From NCBI GenBank assembly GCA_964621195.1, contig CAZULJ010000001.1:97200-161199 (forward strand): a DNA stretch of 64,000 nt. The letters are read 5' to 3'. The translations under genes and the position numbers were made by a program. The notes under the pieces are model-generated. The model ran no database searches and was not told the origin of the DNA. It worked only from the letters and a program-made list of their open reading frames with translations. The DNA is from an uncultured Candidatus Saccharibacteria bacterium (GTDB taxonomy: Bacteria; Patescibacteriota; Dojkabacteria; SC72). Positions 17,968 to 27,852 of the stretch are shown here, one piece after another. The stretch's first letter is position 1; each line of letters starts with the position of its first letter.

Positions 17968-19056
17968 ATGATTACACCAAAATATACAATAACAAATCTA
18001 ATACTAAGCTATATACTAAAATATGAGCTAAGTATTGATAAAATAAGGAATACTCCAGTACCACAATCTACTCTTTCAACGATATTAGAGAAATATCATG
18101 CGGATGAGATAGATAAACTTGGTGAATTAATCTCATACCCAATTGGTTACAACAAAGCACTCACGGTAGAAAGAGGACAGGTATTACCTTCATACAGAAA
18201 TAAACTAAGAATATTTACAAACTTTAAAAATGCACAAGACTTCTTAGACACATACACAATAAAGAGCGCACTAAAACCATCAATAGAACTCTCTACACAC
18301 ATTAACAAGATCCTTATGAAAAATATTGTAGAAGAGTGGGATCTATCAAGAATAAAGAGCTTCTCTGAAAAACCATACGACCTCTATGATAACTGGTATA
18401 AACTCAGAGACTACTACCCAAATATTGATATGAAGACATACTTCAATGAGCTGTTTTCGTGGATATCAAGTTCATCCTCAGGAACTCATAAATTAATACA
18501 ACTAGCCATCCTACTCTATGAGTATATGGATAAGGCACCATTCTATGCAGGAAATCAGATAACAGCAATACTGACAATAAAAGCATTAGCAAAGATATAT
18601 AACCTAAATCCACATAACTTAATACCCTACTCTAAAGCACTCTTTTTAATAAGCGAAGAGTTAGAATCTGCATTCAAGATTTCAAAAGGAAAAAGGGATC
18701 TAACAATCTTCATAGAAGCAATCCTCTATACCTTATCCCTAACTACAATTGAGGTATCCAGGGAATTCTTTGAAACATATGAGGAAAAGATGAATATAAG
18801 AAAAAAGATTGGTAAAGATTTAAATAGCAGACAGGCAAAAATAGTTGAATATCTTCATAACAATGCAAGAGTTACTAGACAGCAATATACTAAGATGATG
18901 GGAGTCTCATTTATGACTTCATACAGAGACCTACAAGAGCTTTTAGACAAGAAATATATAATACAGAAAGGGAAAGGAAGAGGTACATACTACATAATAC
19001 CTGACTCTAGTGATACAATATCTACTAGTGACGATGATATTACAATCTTCTCTTAA
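17968..19056 (+). CDS. Fic/Doc-fold protein with degenerate active-site motif, fused to C-terminal winged-helix DNA-binding domain
   Basis: HKLIQLAILLYEYMDKAPFYAGNQITAIL aligns to the Fic core (HPFxDGNGRxxR), but His, Asp/Glu, Gly and Arg are replaced. C-terminus SRQAKIVEYLHNNARVTRQQYTKMMGVSFMTSYRDLQELLDKKYIIQKGKGRGTYYI is a wHTH. Confidence 0.55.
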   Translation: MITPKYTITNLILSYILKYELSIDKIRNTPVPQSTLSTILEKYHADEIDKLGELISYPIGYNKALTVERGQVLPSYRNKLRIFTNFKNAQDFLDTYTIKSALKPSIELSTHINKILMKNIVEEWDLSRIKSFSEKPYDLYDNWYKLRDYYPNIDMKTYFNELFSWISSSSSGTHKLIQLAILLYEYMDKAPFYAGNQITAILTIKALAKIYNLNPHNLIPYSKALFLISEELESAFKISKGKRDLTIFIEAILYTLSLTTIEVSREFFETYEEKMNIRKKIGKDLNSRQAKIVEYLHNNARVTRQQYTKMMGVSFMTSYRDLQELLDKKYIIQKGKGRGTYYIIPDSSDTISTSDDDITIFS

Positions 19057-19115
19057 TTGAGATATTTAGAGAGAATTGATATCATCACCTACTTTTACTT
19101 TATAAATACCGTACA

Positions 19116-20633
19116 GTGGAATCTTCGAAATATGATGTAATCATTGGATTAGAAATACATATACAGACAAAGACTCAAAGTAAAATGTTTTGTAGCTGTC
19201 CAACCAATTACTTCCATAAGGAACCAAATACACATGTATGTCCAGTATGCCTTGGGTTACCAGGAGCATTACCAGTACCCAATAGGAGAGCAATTGAGCT
19301 GTGTATATTAATGGGTCTTGCAACAAATTGCGATATAGAAAAAGAGATTCATTTCGATAGAAAACACTACTTTTACCCAGATTTACCCAAAGGATACCAA
19401 ATTAGTCAGTACAAAAGACCAATATGCTCCGACGGTTACCTTGATGTAAAAGATCAAAGTGGAGGCACAAATAGAATTGAGATTGAGAGAATCCATCAAG
19501 AGGAAGATGTTGCAAAATCTACACACCATACAGAGTCTACAACTGGACAGGAATACTCCTTAATCGATTACAACAAGTCTGGGATGCCATTGATAGAGAT
19601 AGTAACAAGGCCTAATATCCGAAGCGCATATGAAGCAAAGGAGTTTGCAACAAAGGTAAGACAGATAGCAAGATACCTTGGTATCTCCGATGCTGATATG
19701 GAAAAGGGCCAAATGAGATGTGAGCCAAATATTTCTGTACAGGAAAAAGGTAAGTGGGAATACAAAGACGGAAAAATCTTACCAATTGGTGACTACAAAT
19801 TGATACCAAAGGTAGAGATAAAAAATATTGGATCGATATCTGCAGTAGAGAAATCTATCACCTATGAGGTAGATAGATTGATAAAAGAACTCGAAGAAGG
19901 TAAAAGCATTAAACAGCAAACAAGAGGATGGGATGCGAATAGGAATGTAACTGTATTCCAGAGATCTAAAGAAACAGCAGATGATTACAGATATATGCCG
20001 GAGCCAGACATTCCTGTTGTAGATGTTACACAGGAGGATATTGATCGAATAGCTGAAGAGATAATTGAGCTTCCAGATGATAAAAAGAATAGATACATTA
20101 CAGATTACAATCTCTCCGAGTACGATGCGGGAGTTCTTACCTCTGATAGAGATATCTCAACATATTATGAAGATTTACTCGCACTTGTTTCAAGTAGAAT
20201 TGATATTAAAGATGCCCCTAAAAAGGCTGCAAACTGGTTAACAGGTGCAGTATTTTCGATTGCGAACGATCATAATTTAGAAATTAAGGAAGAGAATATT
20301 TCAAAAGAAGATATAGCGAAATTAATAGTTGCATACGAAGAAAAGATCGTAACTAGAAATAAGGCGGAAGAATTACTTAGAGAATCGATAGAGAATAACA
20401 AAGATCTCGGAGATTTAATCGAACAGACAAAAGAGCAAGCCCAATCTGTTACTAATAACTTAGAATCAATAGTCGAAGAGGTCCTTTCAGAAAATTCTAA
20501 AGCTGTAGAAGACTTTAGGGCTGGTAAGCAAGCCTCCATTGGATATCTTGTAGGACAGGTTATGCAAAAGACCAAGGGCAGTGCAGACCCAAATATTGCT
20601 AAATCAATTTTGATGGAGAAGTTAAATGGATAA
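19116..20633 (+). CDS. gatB: Glu-tRNA(Gln) amidotransferase subunit B
   Basis: IGLEIHIQTKTQSKMFCSCP N-terminus. C-terminal YqeY-like tail. Confidence 0.9.
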   Translation: MESSKYDVIIGLEIHIQTKTQSKMFCSCPTNYFHKEPNTHVCPVCLGLPGALPVPNRRAIELCILMGLATNCDIEKEIHFDRKHYFYPDLPKGYQISQYKRPICSDGYLDVKDQSGGTNRIEIERIHQEEDVAKSTHHTESTTGQEYSLIDYNKSGMPLIEIVTRPNIRSAYEAKEFATKVRQIARYLGISDADMEKGQMRCEPNISVQEKGKWEYKDGKILPIGDYKLIPKVEIKNIGSISAVEKSITYEVDRLIKELEEGKSIKQQTRGWDANRNVTVFQRSKETADDYRYMPEPDIPVVDVTQEDIDRIAEEIIELPDDKKNRYITDYNLSEYDAGVLTSDRDISTYYEDLLALVSSRIDIKDAPKKAANWLTGAVFSIANDHNLEIKEENISKEDIAKLIVAYEEKIVTRNKAEELLRESIENNKDLGDLIEQTKEQAQSVTNNLESIVEEVLSENSKAVEDFRAGKQASIGYLVGQVMQKTKGSADPNIAKSILMEKLNG

Positions 20634-20922
20634 AAATACACTTAATCACATAGCAGAGCTTTCTAGAATAAATCTCTCCGATCAGGAATTAGAGAAATTT
20701 ACACCACAAATGCAAACAATATTAGAATCTGCAAAGCAGTTGCAAGACATAGATACTAGTGGGGTTCAAGCAATGAAAAAGCATGTTCCTTTTACAGAGC
20801 TAAGGAGTGATAATATTCAGAATGGTCTCTCACAGGAGGAAGTCTTGCTCAACTCCCCTCACAAAGAATCTGGTTGTGTAAAAGTATATGGAAAGATCTT
20901 TGGTGGTATAGAAGAAAGCTAA
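20626..20922 (+). CDS. gatC: Glu-tRNA(Gln) amidotransferase subunit C
   Basis: HIAELSRINLSDQELEKF. Overlaps the gatB stop by 8 nt. Confidence 0.8.
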   Translation: MDKNTLNHIAELSRINLSDQELEKFTPQMQTILESAKQLQDIDTSGVQAMKKHVPFTELRSDNIQNGLSQEEVLLNSPHKESGCVKVYGKIFGGIEES

Positions 20923-20965
20923 TTTTTGTCAAAAAGTAATATCTTTAGTAAAATACTGCTGTTCG

Positions 20966-21051
20966 GCCGAAGTGGCGAAACTGGCAGACGCACATGCCTT
21001 AGGAGCATGTTGGGATAATACCCAGTGCAGGTTCAACTCCTGTCTTCGGCA
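20966..21051 (+). tRNA. tRNA-Leu (anticodon UAG), long variable arm
   Basis: Acceptor GCCGAAG/CTTCGGC, anticodon stem CATGC/GCATG with loop CTTAGGA, extra arm. Confidence 0.85.
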
Positions 21052-21075
21052 TATTAATACAAATAACAACATAAC

Positions 21076-21318
21076 ATGTATAAAAAACTTATATCTCCCT
21101 TCCAGAACGTCTTACTTGAAAAAAGAATGTGTGTAGGATGTACAAATCCACTTGATAAGGCAAAAAGATTAGGGAAAATCTCTGAAAGAAGAGATATGGT
21201 CGAATGTAAGTGTAGAAGAAGGTATATATTTAACAAAGAGTTAAATGAATATCAAAGAGCAAGTTTCCAAGAGGAGCAACAATTCTTAAAAGAACTTTCC
21301 AAAAGGCCGTCCTTGTAG
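21076..21318 (+). CDS. small Cys-containing (possible zinc-ribbon) hypothetical protein
   Basis: CVGC...CKC spacing. Sits between two tRNAs. Weak call. Confidence 0.3.
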   Translation: MYKKLISPFQNVLLEKRMCVGCTNPLDKAKRLGKISERRDMVECKCRRRYIFNKELNEYQRASFQEEQQFLKELSKRPSL

Positions 21319-21337
21319 TAAAATCTTTTCCAGGTAT

Positions 21338-21413
21338 GCCGCTATCGTCTAGTGGACTAGGACGACAGGTTTTCATCCTGTAAACCGGAGTTCGATTCTC
21401 CGTAGCGGTACCA
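21338..21413 (+). tRNA. tRNA-Glu (anticodon UUC), CCA encoded
   Basis: Acceptor GCCGCTA/TAGCGGT (G1-U72 wobble), anticodon stem ACAGG/CCTGT with loop TTTTCAT. Confidence 0.8.
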
Positions 21414-21438
21414 ATTCTAAAATATTAGCCCCAATAGA

Positions 21439-22044
21439 ATGTACGATTCATCAGATAGTGAAGTTAGTGGAAAGGTTACTGCAACAGAATTTCTTGGATC
21501 AATTGGTAGCTTTATTTCCTCCTTTATAGAAACAGTTGTAGTTGCACTAGTACTTGCAGTAGTTCTCTATCTTTTCATAATGACTCCACATGAAGTTGTT
21601 GGTAATTCAATGTTCCCTACATACAAGAATGGAGAATATCTAATGGCTAATAAAATAACATACAAATTTACAGAACCACAAAGGGGAGACGTTGTGATAT
21701 TTAAGTACTCTGATACACAGGATTTCATTAAGAGAGTAATTGGTGTACCTGGAGATACAGTTATGATTAAAGATGGAAAGATATATATAAACGGAGAGCA
21801 ATTAGATGAATCCAACTATCTTGCAGAAACAGTCGTTACAAATGGTGGATCATATATACACGAAGGACAGAGTGTAGAAGTACCTAGTGGAGAGTATTTT
21901 GTTTCAGGTGACAACAGACCTAATAGCTCAGATTCAAGAGAGTTTGGACCTGTCTCAAAAGAAAGAATCAAGGGTAAAGCCTGGATAGTTTACTTCCCAT
22001 TCTCTGAATTTAGACTAGTAACCCACGAGGAGTACAACAAGTAG
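21439..22044 (+). CDS. lepB: signal peptidase I
   Basis: VVGNSMFPT (catalytic Ser box), KRVIGVPGD, GDNRPNSSDSR. Confidence 0.85.
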   Translation: MYDSSDSEVSGKVTATEFLGSIGSFISSFIETVVVALVLAVVLYLFIMTPHEVVGNSMFPTYKNGEYLMANKITYKFTEPQRGDVVIFKYSDTQDFIKRVIGVPGDTVMIKDGKIYINGEQLDESNYLAETVVTNGGSYIHEGQSVEVPSGEYFVSGDNRPNSSDSREFGPVSKERIKGKAWIVYFPFSEFRLVTHEEYNK

Positions 22045-22076
22045 ACTCTATTTGTGAAACATGCTAGATTATACAA

Positions 22077-22868
22077 ATGAAGATATTCGTAATAGCTAAT
22101 CAAAAAGGTGGAGTTGGTAAGACAACCACAACGATAAACTTGGGAGCAGCTCTAGCCCAAAAAGGTAAAAAAGTTTTACTAATTGACCTTGATCCACAAG
22201 CAAACCTTTCCTCTGGTGTTGGATTTACACAACAATTTGATAAACATCATTGGAGTTCTACAGAAGAAGCTCCGTATAAAAGTATATATGACGTTTTAGT
22301 TAATTCTGCAGAAATACCAAGGGTATTTGTATCAACTTCCACACCAAACCTTTTCTTAGTTCCATCACATCTTTCCCTCGCCGGAGCAGAGATAGAGATG
22401 GTAAATATGTTAGCAAGAGAAACTCTTCTCAAAAAAGCTTTAGAGAAAGTTGAAAGTGATATAGATATTGTACTGATAGATTGTCCACCATCCCTAGGTT
22501 TACTAACAATAAATGCATTAAGTGCAGCTGACAATCTATTGATACCTATACAGTGTGAATATTTCGCACTGGAGGGCCTAGGACAGCTCGTAGAGACCAC
22601 AAAGTTAATAAAAGGTATCAATCCTTCTCTAGCAATAGGAGGTGTCATATTAACGATGTTTGATAGTAGGACAAAACTTTCATCCAGTGTTGTCGAAGAT
22701 GTAAGAGAATTCTTTAAAGAAGTAGCATTCAAATCAATCGTGCCTAGAAATGTAAGACTCTCTGAAGCCCCATCACATGGTAAGACGATTTTCCAATATG
22801 ATCCGAAATCTTCGGGTGCAAATGCATATGAAGATCTTGCAGAGGAATTTTTAAAAAGATTTTTTTAA
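22077..22868 (+). CDS. parA: chromosome partitioning ATPase ParA/Soj
   Basis: Deviant Walker A KGGVGKTTT. Confidence 0.9.
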   Translation: MKIFVIANQKGGVGKTTTTINLGAALAQKGKKVLLIDLDPQANLSSGVGFTQQFDKHHWSSTEEAPYKSIYDVLVNSAEIPRVFVSTSTPNLFLVPSHLSLAGAEIEMVNMLARETLLKKALEKVESDIDIVLIDCPPSLGLLTINALSAADNLLIPIQCEYFALEGLGQLVETTKLIKGINPSLAIGGVILTMFDSRTKLSSSVVEDVREFFKEVAFKSIVPRNVRLSEAPSHGKTIFQYDPKSSGANAYEDLAEEFLKRFF

Positions 22869-22886
22869 TTTTTTAGATACTTAAAA

Positions 22887-23747
22887 ATGGCAGAAACAAG
22901 ACTCGGAAAGGGATTAGCAGCATTAATAGACTCCAAGGAAATAGATAACTCAAGTAGTGCATATAGAGAGAAGTTTGATATAAACAAAATCTCCCCTAAT
23001 CCATTCCAACCAAGAATGAACATCGACCCTGAGGAGTTGATAAGCATTGCAGATTCAATAAGGGAGCATGGAATAATACAACCTCTCATTGTAACTAAGG
23101 ACAAATCTTCGGATGGGTATTTCATAATTGCGGGAGAAAGAAGATTTAGAGCTGCACAGTTAGCTGGACTAAAGTATGTACCCGTAGTAATTAAGGATTC
23201 TTCTCCACAAGAGATGCTTGAACTTGCATTAATTGAAAATATACAAAGAAAAGATTTAAACCCACTTGAGGAAGCAAACTCATTCTTACAATTACAAGAT
23301 GAGTTTGGACTTTCACAGGATGATATCGCTAGAAAGGTCGGTTTAAATAGGGTTACAATAACAAATAAGATTAGATTACTTAAGTTACCAGATGAGGTAA
23401 AAGAGGTAGTCCTAAATGAAACTATTAGTGAGGGTCATGCAAGAGCCCTACTTGGAATAAGAGATGAAGAATCACTCATCGCTGCAACAGATATCGTCAT
23501 TAAAAGAGGTTTGAGTGTTAGACAAACAGAATCTCTTGTAAGAAAGATTAACTATGGTAAAAGTGCTAAATACAAAAAAGTACAAACAGGTAATCCTGAT
23601 CTTCTACTCTATGCCGAAGAACTGAGTAAGAAACTCGGCTACTCAACAACAATTAGAAAGATGAGTAAGGGTGGAAAGATACAGATAAGGTTTGTAACAA
23701 AATCAGACTTAGAGGAAATACTTAAGAAGCTAGGATTAGAGATTTAA
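22887..23747 (+). CDS. parB: chromosome partitioning protein ParB/Spo0J
   Basis: IQPLIV..GERRFRAA ParB box and an HTH. Confidence 0.9.
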   Translation: MAETRLGKGLAALIDSKEIDNSSSAYREKFDINKISPNPFQPRMNIDPEELISIADSIREHGIIQPLIVTKDKSSDGYFIIAGERRFRAAQLAGLKYVPVVIKDSSPQEMLELALIENIQRKDLNPLEEANSFLQLQDEFGLSQDDIARKVGLNRVTITNKIRLLKLPDEVKEVVLNETISEGHARALLGIRDEESLIAATDIVIKRGLSVRQTESLVRKINYGKSAKYKKVQTGNPDLLLYAEELSKKLGYSTTIRKMSKGGKIQIRFVTKSDLEEILKKLGLEI

Positions 23748-23748
23748 A

Positions 23749-24498
23749 CTACTTAGAGGTTACTTCTTGTCTAAGTTTTTCATACAGAAGTACTGCAGCA
23801 CTTACACTTACGTTTAGAGAACCTATACCCTCTCTCATGGGGATAGATATCTTCTGATCAGCACGCTCAAGCATACCAGCTGAAATACCAACATCCTCAG
23901 CTCCAACTACAAAAGCACATGGACCTGTAAGGTTACTCTCAAAATATGTTTCTCCATCCATATGAACTGCAAATACCCTTATATCATTCTTCTGTAGCTC
24001 TTTTATAGCACTAAACAAACCCATCTCAACAATAGGGATTCTCTCTGCAGCACCCATTGATACTCTCATAGTTTCATCGTTAACAAGACTTACATCTCTT
24101 GGTGCAGTAATAATACCATTAACACCTACAGCAAAAGCACTTCTCATAATAGCTCCAATGTTTTGGGTATACTTAACATCGTCTAATATTATAAAGAAAG
24201 GTATTTTCTGTTCAGAATAAATACTCTCTAAAAGCTCATCTAATGACCAATAGTTTTGGGAAATCATCATTCCAACAACACTCTCAGAAGCAGAAGCTTT
24301 TAATCTTCTGGTCAATGTCTTTCTTGGAACTCTAATAATTGGAATGTTTTTTTTGTTAGCAAGTTCAACAATATCCTTTGTTTTTACATCTCTGTATGCA
24401 GTACTTGCAAGATATATACGCTCAAATTCCCTACCCTCTTTCAGTAGTTCAAGTAAGGCATTCTTACTCTCTATTTGGATAAAATGTTGTTTTGCCAT
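23749..24498 (-). CDS. SpoU/TrmH-family RNA 2'-O-methyltransferase (RlmB-like)
   Basis: SPOUT motifs: NIGAIMRSA, FVVGAEDVGIS, SLNVSVSAAVLLYE. Confidence 0.8.
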   Translation of the reverse strand: MAKQHFIQIESKNALLELLKEGREFERIYLASTAYRDVKTKDIVELANKKNIPIIRVPRKTLTRRLKASASESVVGMMISQNYWSLDELLESIYSEQKIPFFIILDDVKYTQNIGAIMRSAFAVGVNGIITAPRDVSLVNDETMRVSMGAAERIPIVEMGLFSAIKELQKNDIRVFAVHMDGETYFESNLTGPCAFVVGAEDVGISAGMLERADQKISIPMREGIGSLNVSVSAAVLLYEKLRQEVTSK

Positions 24499-24506
24499 GG
24501 TATCTC

Positions 24507-24773
24507 TTAAAGAGATTCTACCACATCGATATAGAACTGTCCCCTCTTAAAACCACTCATTCTTCTAAACTTTACAAGGCCATCAATCTTAGCATGAATA
24601 GAGTAATCTTTAGACATATATGTATTTTTACCAGGATGATACACAGACCCTCTCTGCTTTACAATAATGTTTCCAGATTTTACCTTCTCTCCTTCAAACT
24701 TTTTGACTCCGAGTCTCTTACCTTCTACATGACCACTCATTGAGACACTTCCAGCTCCTACGACATGTGACAT
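24507..24773 (-). CDS. rpmA: 50S ribosomal protein L27
   Basis: GKRLGVKKFEGEKVKSGNIIVKQRGSVYHPGKN. Confidence 0.85.
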   Translation of the reverse strand: MSHVVGAGSVSMSGHVEGKRLGVKKFEGEKVKSGNIIVKQRGSVYHPGKNTYMSKDYSIHAKIDGLVKFRRMSGFKRGQFYIDVVESL

Positions 24774-24797
24774 TTCTCTGTGTATTCAAATTAAATA

Positions 24798-25973
24798 TTA
24801 TCTCTTGGATAGTATAAAAATATTCCTTGTGATGATACTATTATTCCGTTTCCATTTCAAGTCCCCTTTTGTATATTTTCTATTAACTACTTCCCACTTT
24901 TTATCTATAACTTGGCTTACATTCAAACCCTTTTCTCCTGTCGTTGTTCTATACGATGGAATTACTATAACAGCAGTAAATCCTGAATTAACAACCTGAT
25001 CAAGAATAGTAAATAAATGCTTGTATAAACTCTCCACATCTTTAAGTAGAAGAGAAGCCTTACTATCAGTTAATATCTTCTTTTGAGGAGGACCCATAAA
25101 TGGTTCACAAACAACTGCACTTATATTGGTCCTCTTAAGGTCTTTAATGAGCTTTCTTTCTACATTTTTTATATCCAAACCAAAAAGATTGTACCTAATT
25201 CCTGTAATTAATCCTTCATCTCTTAGCCATTGAATATTTCTATCCGAATTAAATATTGCCTTCTCATCTATATCAGACCCTAAAATATCAAAACCTAAAA
25301 CTGCAGCCTCCATTAATACTGTACCACTACCACAGAAAGGATCCCACAATATACCATCTCTTCTTCCAGTCAGATTACACATTATCCTAGCAAGTTTTTG
25401 TGGTAATACACCCATACTGTAATCTGATACAGGTTTGTCTAAATCTCTTTTAACAAAAGCCTCAACATCTTGAATACCAAGTGTTCTACCATATAGTTGT
25501 CCTGCCTTTGTATCAAATATACAGAATTCAAACCCTTCCTCCAGAATCAAATTGTTTCTGATCTGTGCCTCATTTAATTCCTTACCCTTTGGAACAACGA
25601 ACCTAGAGGATACACCCATCTCTTTAAATGATCTCTTGATATCATTAGATAATTTCTCAATAGATTTACGCTCAATGGCTGTATCATTTAGTACTGAAAT
25701 ACCAAATACAACCTTTTTGCTCTCAGAAAAAGAAGGTAAGAACTCTTCAAGGTTATCAATAATTAAACCGTATCTAATAAAGCCACCAAGCCTTTTAAAG
25801 ACCCTTTTTAGATCCTCAACCTCAATACTATTACTCTCTATGATAAAGATTCCATTACCCTGATTCTTAATACTATCCCTTATCAATCCATATGATTCAA
25901 AAACGCAAGCAAGCTCTGCTAAAGAGAGATCTACAAAATTACCACATTGAAAGAAATATCGCATCTTAATCAA
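24798..25973 (-). CDS. THUMP-domain RNA methyltransferase (UPF0020/RlmL-like N6-adenine/guanine methylase)
   Basis: C-terminal DPFCGSGT SAM-binding motif and VCEPFMGPP (NPPY-like catalytic motif). Confidence 0.7.
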   Translation of the reverse strand: MIKMRYFFQCGNFVDLSLAELACVFESYGLIRDSIKNQGNGIFIIESNSIEVEDLKRVFKRLGGFIRYGLIIDNLEEFLPSFSESKKVVFGISVLNDTAIERKSIEKLSNDIKRSFKEMGVSSRFVVPKGKELNEAQIRNNLILEEGFEFCIFDTKAGQLYGRTLGIQDVEAFVKRDLDKPVSDYSMGVLPQKLARIMCNLTGRRDGILWDPFCGSGTVLMEAAVLGFDILGSDIDEKAIFNSDRNIQWLRDEGLITGIRYNLFGLDIKNVERKLIKDLKRTNISAVVCEPFMGPPQKKILTDSKASLLLKDVESLYKHLFTILDQVVNSGFTAVIVIPSYRTTTGEKGLNVSQVIDKKWEVVNRKYTKGDLKWKRNNSIITRNIFILSKR

Positions 25974-26298
25974 TAGACTTAACAGAAACTCGTGTTATCA
26001 ATGCTCTGTGTCCCTGAGATTTTCTGTATCTTGATTTTGATTTGTATTTAAATACATCTACCTTGTCATCCTTCTTTTGAGAAGAAATTTCTAAAACAAC
26101 CTTTGCACCTTCTACATATGGTGTTCCTACCTTTGTTTCATCACCATCTTGTACAAGTAGTACTTCCTTTATCTCAAGTATATCTCCCTTGTTTCCAGCT
26201 AATTTGTTTACTTCATATGCTTTTCCTTCGTAAACCTTTAACTGAACACCAGATATCTTAATTACTGCAAATTTTGTTGTTTCATTGGATTTAACCAT
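25966..26298 (-). CDS. rplU: 50S ribosomal protein L21
   Basis: FAVIKISGVQLKVYEGK...KVDVFKYKSKSRYRKSQGHR. Confidence 0.85.
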   Translation of the reverse strand: MVKSNETTKFAVIKISGVQLKVYEGKAYEVNKLAGNKGDILEIKEVLLVQDGDETKVGTPYVEGAKVVLEISSQKKDDKVDVFKYKSKSRYRKSQGHRALITRVSVKSID

Positions 26299-26310
26299 AA
26301 CTAATGGATT

Positions 26311-27639
26311 TTAATTTATAAATTCGTAATTGTCAATTATCTTACCATTATTTTGCTTTCTTTTACCAATATTTATTATACTTTGTATAATTCCAAATGA
26401 GAATAAAGTCATAACAGTTATACTTCCTCCTGCACTTACAAGTGGCAATGGTATACCTGTTGCAGGTATAGTACCAGTATTCGTACCAATATTTATAAAC
26501 ACTTCAAGAAGAAGTTTCATTGTAATACCGATAATAATCATTGCAAAGAAAGGATTATCAACATAGTTAACAGAAAGCAGTAGACATCGTACAACAAGTA
26601 CTCCAAACAAAGCCAGAAGAAATATCGACCCTAAGAGGCCAAACTCTTCTGCAAAAGATGCGAATATAAAATCCGTTTGATGTTCAGGTAAGAAATCTCT
26701 CTTACTTTGAGTACCATTACCAAAACCCTTCCCAAAAATCTGCCCAGAGCCTATGGCAATTCTTGCTTGATTAACATTAAATCCTAAGTCTTGAGCATTT
26801 TCATCAGGATTAAGAAATACCTCAATCCTATCTCTTTGATACGGTCTTAAAATCTCTGTATACAAAAGTGTAGAGAAAAGACCAAGAACAACGCTTAGAA
26901 TTACAGAGATAACAATAAAGGCTTTCCAACTATCTCTATAGTAGTATGCAAATATTGCGATTATCACTCCAAACAGTGCAAGTAAAAGAAACAACCAATT
27001 ACCTGTTACACTAATTAGGAAGAACGCAAGAGTAATTGATCCAATTATTAATAGGCTCACGCTATTTCTCAATTGGTTATTCAAGCCTGTAAAAGCAACT
27101 AAAAACCATATCAAAAGTGTAAGTATAGACATGCTACCACTTGGTTGGAGATATATTAGTATTACCATTGGTATCGTCAGAAGAAAGGATATTAGGAAAA
27201 GCAACCATTCATTGTATTTATCCTTGTAAGAAAGTACTGTGGCAGTAATTAGTATTACAGTGAATTTCGCAATCTCAGAAGGTTGAACTTGTATACCACC
27301 AATAACAAGCCAACGCTGAACATTGTTAACAACAGGACCTATTACAAGAACAAGTACTAACAAGGCAATTGTAAGAAGATATATTGCTAAAGAGAATTGC
27401 CATATTCTCAACAAAGAGACATCAATAAGTGATAGGAGAATATATGCTATGAAACCAACAAGAAGAAATGCCAACTGTTTGTTAACAATATCCATATCTC
27501 CAAAGAAACCCTCTGCAGTGATCGTTGTAGACAACAAAGAAACAATTCCTAATAACGAGATTAGTAAGAGTGGAATTAATATCAGCAAATCAACATTAAA
27601 CCTTTTCTTTTTTTCTGTTTCAATTCTCATCTTCTTCAA
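26311..27639 (-). CDS. ftsW: SEDS-family peptidoglycan glycosyltransferase FtsW/RodA
   Basis: Ten-TM SEDS architecture with ...GQIFGKGFGNG...DFIFASFAEEFG. Confidence 0.8.
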   Translation of the reverse strand: MKKMRIETEKKKRFNVDLLILIPLLLISLLGIVSLLSTTITAEGFFGDMDIVNKQLAFLLVGFIAYILLSLIDVSLLRIWQFSLAIYLLTIALLVLVLVIGPVVNNVQRWLVIGGIQVQPSEIAKFTVILITATVLSYKDKYNEWLLFLISFLLTIPMVILIYLQPSGSMSILTLLIWFLVAFTGLNNQLRNSVSLLIIGSITLAFFLISVTGNWLFLLLALFGVIIAIFAYYYRDSWKAFIVISVILSVVLGLFSTLLYTEILRPYQRDRIEVFLNPDENAQDLGFNVNQARIAIGSGQIFGKGFGNGTQSKRDFLPEHQTDFIFASFAEEFGLLGSIFLLALFGVLVVRCLLLSVNYVDNPFFAMIIIGITMKLLLEVFINIGTNTGTIPATGIPLPLVSAGGSITVMTLFSFGIIQSIINIGKRKQNNGKIIDNYEFIN

Positions 27640-27850
27640 TGAATATATACTTTACCTTACTTTTTAAACCCTTCCTTATTTTAATAGAAGATTTAGAGAC
27701 ATTAAAGTACTTAGAGAGGAGATCTATTAACTCAAGGTTTGCAGCGTTCTTTTCTGGAGTAGATTTAACATCGACGATAAAAGTCCCGTCATCCTTTTTT
27801 ATAATCTGAGAGATTTTCGATCTAGGAGATATATGAACCTCTATATTCAC
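27620..27850 (-). CDS. DUF167 (YggU/UPF0235) protein
   Basis: Size and the NAANLELIDLLSKYFNVSKSSIKIRKG pattern. Confidence 0.55.
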   Translation of the reverse strand: MNIEVHISPRSKISQIIKKDDGTFIVDVKSTPEKNAANLELIDLLSKYFNVSKSSIKIRKGLKSKVKYIFIEEDEN

Positions 27851-27852
27851 AA

